DNA of 64,000 nucleotides from the human T2T-CHM13v2.0 reference genome, Homo sapiens. The stretch lies in NCBI RefSeq assembly GCF_009914755.1, contig NC_060936.1; one strand, given 5' to 3'. The notes beneath the pieces were generated by a model. The model saw nothing but the letters and a program-made list of their open reading frames with translations, had not been told where the DNA came from and did no database searches. Shown piece by piece: positions 57,165 to 64,000 of the stretch (its first letter is position 1; each line of letters opens with the position of its first letter). The position numbers and the translations under genes were made by a program.

Positions 57165-57315
57165 GCTTGCTATCAGAGGAAGTGGAGAATGTGCCTTCCT
57201 GAATGACAATGGAGTCAACAGTGGCAGAATCTACATGAACAGAAAATGGATTTGTAGCAAGCCAAACAATTATGTCTACAGTTGCCAGTTATGTCCCCAC
57301 TGGGATACTACCTAG
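57165..57315 (+). pseudogene. LOC374443: CTLD terminal exon: (M)LAIRGSGECAFLNDNGVNSGRIYMNRKWICSKPNNYVYSCQLCPHWDTT*
   Basis: Acceptor TTTAG, phase 2; ECAFL and WICSK motifs; open to TAG at 57313-57315. Confidence 0.92.
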
Positions 57316-57457
57316 TAGAGCTGTGAGAAGAGGGCCACCATCCTCCAGACTCCAGAATGGTGGAATCATCAGCAGCTTCCACCATGCCCCTGGAAAAACT
57401 GCAAGTAACAGACCTGCACATGTATCCCCTACATCTAAAATAAAAGTTGGAAAAAAT
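57293..57457 (+). mobile_element. MaLR-int fragment (57293-~57404) fused to an L1 3' terminus (~57405-57457)
   Basis: CCTAGTAGAGCTGTGAGAAGAGGGCCACCATCCTCCAGA (THE1/MST-int), then ACCTGCACATGTATCCC...AAAATAAAAGTTGGAAAAAA. Confidence 0.75.
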
Positions 57458-58835
57458 GGAACTTTGATGTTAAGATGCACTGATACAAAACTTAAATTTT
57501 GGTCTCCTACATTAAAACAATATGAGTCTCTTAAAATATTGATTTGTTCTTAGTAAGATTACAAGAGGCTTTGATTTTTAATTCTGCAATGTTTCCTTAA
57601 CAGCCATTCTGAATTACAAACTAATTCCTATTTCTGCCACATTCCTTGCTGAGAACTGTCTAGTCCTGGTTTGGGATTTATCTTAAAGGTCTAGAAAGGC
57701 AACATTTTACTTCAGCAAAACTTGATTCTATATTGTTGTTTTTCTTAATGTGTCAAAATTGTTTTGTTACTAGGATTTCCTATGTTGTTATTAAATGTAT
57801 TCCCCTGATCAAGGTCACTGGCCTAGAAAACAAAGATTCTGTGTTTTACCAAGATAATTCCCAGTGCTTCATGGTGTCTTTATTAGGCTTTGACTGCTTA
57901 GGGAAACTGAGCCTTAAAAGGGTAAAAGTTTTTCCATCCATGTAACTTTCTGAGGTCTTTAGGTTGTCACTCTGATTAAATGAGTAGTATTCTTAGCAGT
58001 GACTTATTATCTGTTGAAGGAAGTATTTTAAGCTTTTTGACATCTTTGGCAGGTTTCTCTAGAATCCAAATCCTAAATTAAGCCTTTTGGCCTAAAATTG
58101 ACTGGGATTTTTCCAGGTGGACCCCCTAGATATGCTCCTCCAAAGGCTTGTCTTTCTTGTAGAGTTATTAAATGATTAGGCTTATTTGGCAAATACTGCT
58201 AGAAGCATTGTCAAATAAGAAATGGTGTTTTACCTTTCTTTAAGCTGTGTTTGTGTAAGTTCATCATTTATAGAAATGTGAAATTTTATGAGATTCCTAA
58301 GATACTGACATGCTGAGATACCTGTAATAATTGCAATTTTTATGTTGGATGATTGTATGCCACAGAAGCACTTAAATTTCCTGGTTAATTGGTAACGTTA
58401 ATCAGATCTTTACCTATGGCTGTTCTGGGTTTTTGTCATTCACAGTTATTATTTTAATTTCTTCTTTGGAAGCGTTCGCAATCAGCTATAGTCCAAAATT
58501 GCTAATTAAGATCAAGCAAAACAAAATTAATTACGTAAAATTAATTTATAAGGATGTTTTTATGACGTAAATGTTTTATTTTCCAGAGCCAAGGAAATTT
58601 TCTGTCACAAGCTATCTACCGTTTGCAATAATTTGATAAATAATCCTTTGTGAACAAATATGGAAGCATTTGCTTTTTCTCTCTACTTGATTCCTTCAAA
58701 ATTCAGAAACTATTTGTGGATATTTTTAGTTTTATTTATACAACTTCAGTAAAAATCCACTCTCTCTTTATAAGCAGGATCCAGTTGGAAACATTATTTA
58801 TATTGCTAAGGTTTGGCTTGAAATGTCATATTTCA

Positions 58836-59291
<456 letters not shown>

Positions 59292-59643
59292 CTAAGATCT
59301 CCTACATCATCAACGGGAGAGAAAAATTATGCTTCTAAGGAAAGCAAAGTTACACCTGTTTTTAGATTTTAACCCTGTACATTGTCTTCAAGTCCTTGTT
59401 ATCTGCCTGTGGACTGAACTAGATCCTGAATTCTCCTAAGTTCCTCCAATATTAGGTTATAACAGTCCTGATGGAGTCCCCCAACCCTCTTGCCTCGATC
59501 CTGACTAGGGATGCTCCAGGGACATTCAGGTGACTTCCCCTTCTTAAAAATCTGACCAGCTAGGGACATTAGATACCAGAATTGGGAACAAACTGGATCC
59601 ATAAGATACTATGGTCAGTAATGAGATCTTATTGGTCAGTGAC

Positions 59644-59947
59644 TTTTTTTTTTTTTTTAAATGGAGTCTCACTCTGTCACCCAGAGTGGAGTGCAGTGGC
59701 ATGATCTCATCTCGCTACAACCTCCCATCTCCCGAGTTCAAGTGATTCTCATGCCTCAGCCCCTCAATTAGCTGGGGTTACAGGCATGTGCCACCACACC
59801 TGGCTAATTTTTGTATTTTTAGTAGAGATTGGGTTTTGCCGTGTGGGCCAGACTGGCCTCTGGCCTCGAACTCCTGACCTCAGGTGATCCACCTGCCTCG
59901 GCCTCCCAAAGTGTTGAGATTACAGGCATGAGCCACTGCACCTGGCC
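59644..59947 (-). mobile_element. AluS
   Basis: Reverse dimer; TCAGTGACTT repeated on both flanks. Confidence 0.92.
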
Positions 59948-61064
59948 TGCTCAGTGACTTCTAACATTGCTGCTGTACCTGGGTAAATACTTCCAGTCAT
60001 ATTTAAGCGGGCTTGGAGTTGGCAAAATCTCTGAGAGAGACATCTTCGGAAAGCCTCCATGCTGGACTTAGTGGATAAAGTTTCCAATGTCCAGATATTT
60101 TCAGCTGGTTTCTCCTTGGTATAGGATTTCTTCTGCATTCTACCCTGCACATCTTAATGATAACCCTCATATTTTGGCTAAGCATTTGACTCCCCTTTAG
60201 AATTGTTCTAACTTGTTTTTAACAGATGTCTACAAGAGATTCCCACCAGGATCCTGCCCATGCAATCTTTGAGACTTTAAACTCACTCCAGCTGGAAATA
60301 GGAACCAACTTAACCCAAGAGACTTTGGTTCACATTTAACCAGTACTTTCCTGAATGCCTCTCCTAAGTAAATGGCTCTAGTTTCTCTATTGGCCACTGC
60401 ACTGCCACTAGGATTCCTGCAAGGGATCCGATGGGCCCAGAGCAGGTAGCCAACCACTTCTCTGTTGGATGGAATGCAATGCTGTTTGCCAGCATGTTTG
60501 AGCCAGTCCTTCAAGATGGATTCTGAGTGACTAACTGGACCTAAATTTAAATAGCACAAAGCAGCCATTTGCTAACTAGATTTCATACAAATGCTCTGAG
60601 TTCCTGGAAAACCCACACTCCTTAACTTTGGGACTTTCAAGACTCACCTAAATCAATCAATTAAAGCTCACTTGTGTCAGCTAATCAGGGATCAGCTGTA
60701 TTGACTAATGAAAACTAAGCGAGTTTCAAATTTTAACCATTTATTTGTGTAGAAGACTTGATTGGGAGCCTGGGTATGAATACTTGCTATAAAATCTGAG
60801 CATTCCCTTTGTTCTCTGGAGCAAACAATGTTAAGTTGTTAACTCTCTGTACCTTTCTCTAGAACTGGATGGAAACAACTCCATCTGAAATGCAGCCCTA
60901 ATACCAGGGAACTCCTACAGTAAAGCGCTAAACAACTTTATTACTCTAACCAACGTTTATGTCCCTAATCAGCAAGAAGTAGTTAGAATGGTCATCATCC
61001 CTTTCCCTCAAGATTGAGGAATGGACATAAAAAGGAGGGGATTTGTAACTGCTCCAGACTGATC

Positions 61065-61614
61065 TGTTGTCAGAAAGGGGCTCTTGAACCAGACCATGAA
61101 AGAGGGTTCTTGGATCTCCTGCAGGAAGGAATTCAAGGAGAGTCACAGAGTGTAGAGAGAATAGACAGTTTATTGAAAGCTACTCAGTTACAGAGTAGGG
61201 CATCCTCCAAAAGCAGGAGGAGGAATGTGCTGTCTTTGTTTTAAACTCTTCTTTTATAGGGGTTTAATCTATGTAAAACCTAAGCTATGTCTACATGTGG
61301 GTAGGCTGTCAGTGTGACAAAATTTAGTATTTTGTTGATATAAAGAAACTTATCCTTGTCATCTTAGTGCATAAGTACATCAAAGTATGACTTTAGCTAC
61401 CTTAAAAGCATGTATTGTTATGTGATATTGGGACATCTGGACATTCTGCTGTCGTAGGAGTTTGTCCTTGCAGCATTACTAAATCGCTTCCTTAGCTGTA
61501 AACATCTTATAATCGTAGGTCATAACTGTCAAGGAAGTGCCTTGCTAGTTTTTAGATGGAGTTGATTTTAAAATAGTGTCACTCTGGCTTTCCTATGCTC
61601 CTGCTTTCCTAACA
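61065..61614 (-). mobile_element. ERV1 solo LTR (MER41/MER4 group)
   Basis: TG...CA termini; imperfect 4-bp TSD GATC/AATC. Confidence 0.75.
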
Positions 61615-61627
61615 AATCTGGTTCAAC

Positions 61628-62303
61628 TTTTTTTTTTTTATTCAACATAATCTTTTTTTTCCATACTACCTCATTTACAGAGTGCTTCCTATAGATATGG
61701 TTGGTCTGTATGTTTCCTTTTTCAGCTTTGATTCTTATTTTTTTGAATCACACATGCTTTATGGGGGCTTCCACTACCATGAGCCATATTTTCTGTATTA
61801 CCAGCAAGATGTTTGGGTTTGTTTTTTGTTTTCTTTATATTTCAAATTTTATTTTAGATTTAGGAAGTACGTGTGCAGGTTTGTTAACATGGGTGTATTG
61901 CATGACGCTGATCTTACAATACCAATGATCCCATCACTCAGGTAGTGAGCATAATATCCAATAGGTAGTTTTTCAGAACTTGCCTTATCTTCCCTCTCTC
62001 CCTGCTCTCTTAATTCGAAGCCTATTTTTCCTATCTTTATGTCCACATGTTTCCAGCATTTAGCTCCCACTTATACGTGAGAGTATGTGGTATTTGTTTT
62101 TCTGTGTCTGCATTAATTTACTTAGGATGATGGCTTCCAGCTGCATCTTTTGTTGCAAAGGACATGACTTTGTTCTTTTTTATGACTGTGTAGTATTCCA
62201 TGGTGTATATGTACCACATTTTCTTTATCCAGAACACTGTTGATAGGCATCTACATTGATTCCATGTCTTGGCTATTGTGAATAGTGCAGCAATAAACAT
62301 GCA
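61628..62303 (-). mobile_element. 5'-truncated older L1PA/L1PB with ~170-bp 3' transduction
   Basis: L1 body ~61812-62303; TSD TGGTTCAACTTTT at 61619-61631 and 62304-62316. Confidence 0.88.
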
Positions 62304-62774
62304 TGGTTCAACTTTTATGGTAACAAAGCTGTGAGTTGTTCTTCAGTTGTCATGGACCCTCACTCAGGTCATGTAACCTGAGCATGGACAGGTGAAACAA
62401 GTGTGCAACCACAAGGGAAACCTAATCGTTCAGACTGAGGTACAGGGACCGAATTAAGAGGTGGACACAGGATGGCAGGATCCAGGATCCAACTGGATAG
62501 AACTCAGGCATCACTTCATGGCAGGATCCAGTCAGATCTTGCCTCCCAGCATCACCTCATTGCAAGATCCAATCAGATTATTCCTCACTACCCTATGCTT
62601 ATAAAACCTGACCCACCTCCCAGCTTGGCGAGGTACTACTTTGGGAGCTTTGTCCAGTGTTCTCTTTACTTTCTGTAAGAACAAAATCTCCTTGCTAAAT
62701 CCACCTTGTCGGTGGTCATTGGGTTGATACCTGCCAAGTGACTGAACCCACCTGTTGTGTGGGTAACATTTAGA

Positions 62775-64000
62775 ACATATTTTCCATTTCTTTATTTTCC
62801 TTGACTGTCTGCATTGGTGTCTGTGCACCAGATAAAACAGCTTCCTTTCCAGTCTTCACAGACAGGTCTCAGATAGGACAACACCTTTACCAATCAGTCC
62901 AGACAGAGGTTCTGGGTGCCACTTAAACCTTCCTGGTAGTTGAAACCACAATGTTTGTTCTTAATGGTCCTCAGGCATCTAGAGTATGCCAGGCCCTTCC
63001 AGTGCTCTCAGATACATGAGATAAAATCCAGTTCCTCAGGTAGCAGCCAGAAAAGCTGGGGTGCTAGTTATTTGGTCTGTCTCCTTTGCTTTTCAGAGAG
63101 AAGCTGGAAGCCAGGCTTTATCACTGCACTGAGCCAAAGTGGGGAGCAGGGGGAAGTGCCCACATGCTTATTAAAAACCGCTCTGAAAATATTTGAAGTA
63201 ACAGGGCTATAACAATTATTATTTTAAAAGCAACTGCTGTTTTGGTTTGTGTAGCCCCAGAGGTTTAGCAGATGCTGGGCCCTGTCAGCTCACCAAAACA
63301 GGGAAATTAGAAACCAGTCTATCTGGTAGTATCTAGAGAAGTTGTGATACCAGATAGGTGGTCCAAACCCTTCACTCCTCAGGGATAGACTAAGAGATGG
63401 GAGTTCCTTCCCGATCATATGGCATTGTATTAGGGTTGGGGGTTATGATCACAGTGTGTGCAAGTTTTTTCCTATCAGTTTTGATGTGGATAGTTTCACA
63501 CTCACCTAGGGTGCAGGAGTGGCTCAGTCAGTTTCTGGATTTCCAATCATGGGAATTTGCCTCTGTGTTGCTGTTGAATTGATGGTGGGGAAGGAGAGTT
63601 TAGGGCCTTCTATTCTGCCATCTGTGACTCTGACAGTTTCTTTTAATGTTAAACTATCATACAGTCTAGTTACTACATTTGTAGACATTTCTCTCGCACA
63701 AATGACAACTTATATTTACACAAAAGCCTGTATATAAAATGTGCATAACAGCTTTATTCATAATAGTCAAAACTTGTAAACAACTGTATGTCTCACAATG
63801 GGTGAAAAATTAAGTAAATTCTGTTATAGGCATACAGTGGATTACTACTCAGCAATAAAAAGGAATGGGCTATTGATACATATAACAACTTCCTTGAATC
63901 TCAAAGTACTTAGGCTAAGTAAGAAAAGCCAATTACTGAAGATCGCATTCTGTGTGATTTAATTTACGTAACATTATTGAAATGACAAAATGGTATAGAT
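62775..64000. mobile_element. Old L1M fragments (5'-region fragment, then a plus-strand 3'-end fragment from ~63660)
   Basis: CAGCTTTATTCATAATAG...TACTACTCAGCAATAAAAAGGAATG is an L1M ORF2/3'UTR motif. Confidence 0.65.

Larger units (their letters stand above)
61044..62768 (+). mobile_element. ERV1 3' LTR (MER72-like) split by a second LTR and an L1
   Basis: TGTAAC start after the polypurine tract; resumes at 62304; ends GGGTAACA. Confidence 0.6.

Overview
Human (primate) genomic DNA from the natural killer gene complex, consistent with 12p13.31 (assigned from gene content, not from a lookup). The left end holds KLRB1 (CD161/NKR-P1A) exons 1-3 on the minus strand, with a full-length HERV-K(HML-2) solo LTR in intron 2, 68 bp from exon 2. 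Diverging from it on the plus strand is an unprocessed CLEC2/Clr-type C-type lectin pseudogene (probably LOC374443). It has a TATA-containing candidate exon 1 at ~17.5 kb, an internal CpG island at ~48 kb and four well-preserved exons at 53.9-57.3 kb, disabled only by two Trp-to-stop changes. A GOT2 processed pseudogene (41.9-44.2 kb) and a U6 retrocopy lie in its long first intron. Most of the rest is interspersed repeat: L1PA, L1M, Alu, ERV1/MaLR LTRs and internal segments, L2, MIR. Main findings: (1) a nearly intact rodent-Clr-like ligand gene next to its putative receptor; (2) two inverted L1PA copies that share inactivating lesions and may carry a split target-site duplication (TSD), suggesting a DNA-level rearrangement or conversion; (3) two L1 3' transductions; (4) a ~105-bp dispersed duplication in KLRB1 intron 1. 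Repeat subfamily names and consensus comparisons are from memory and are approximate.
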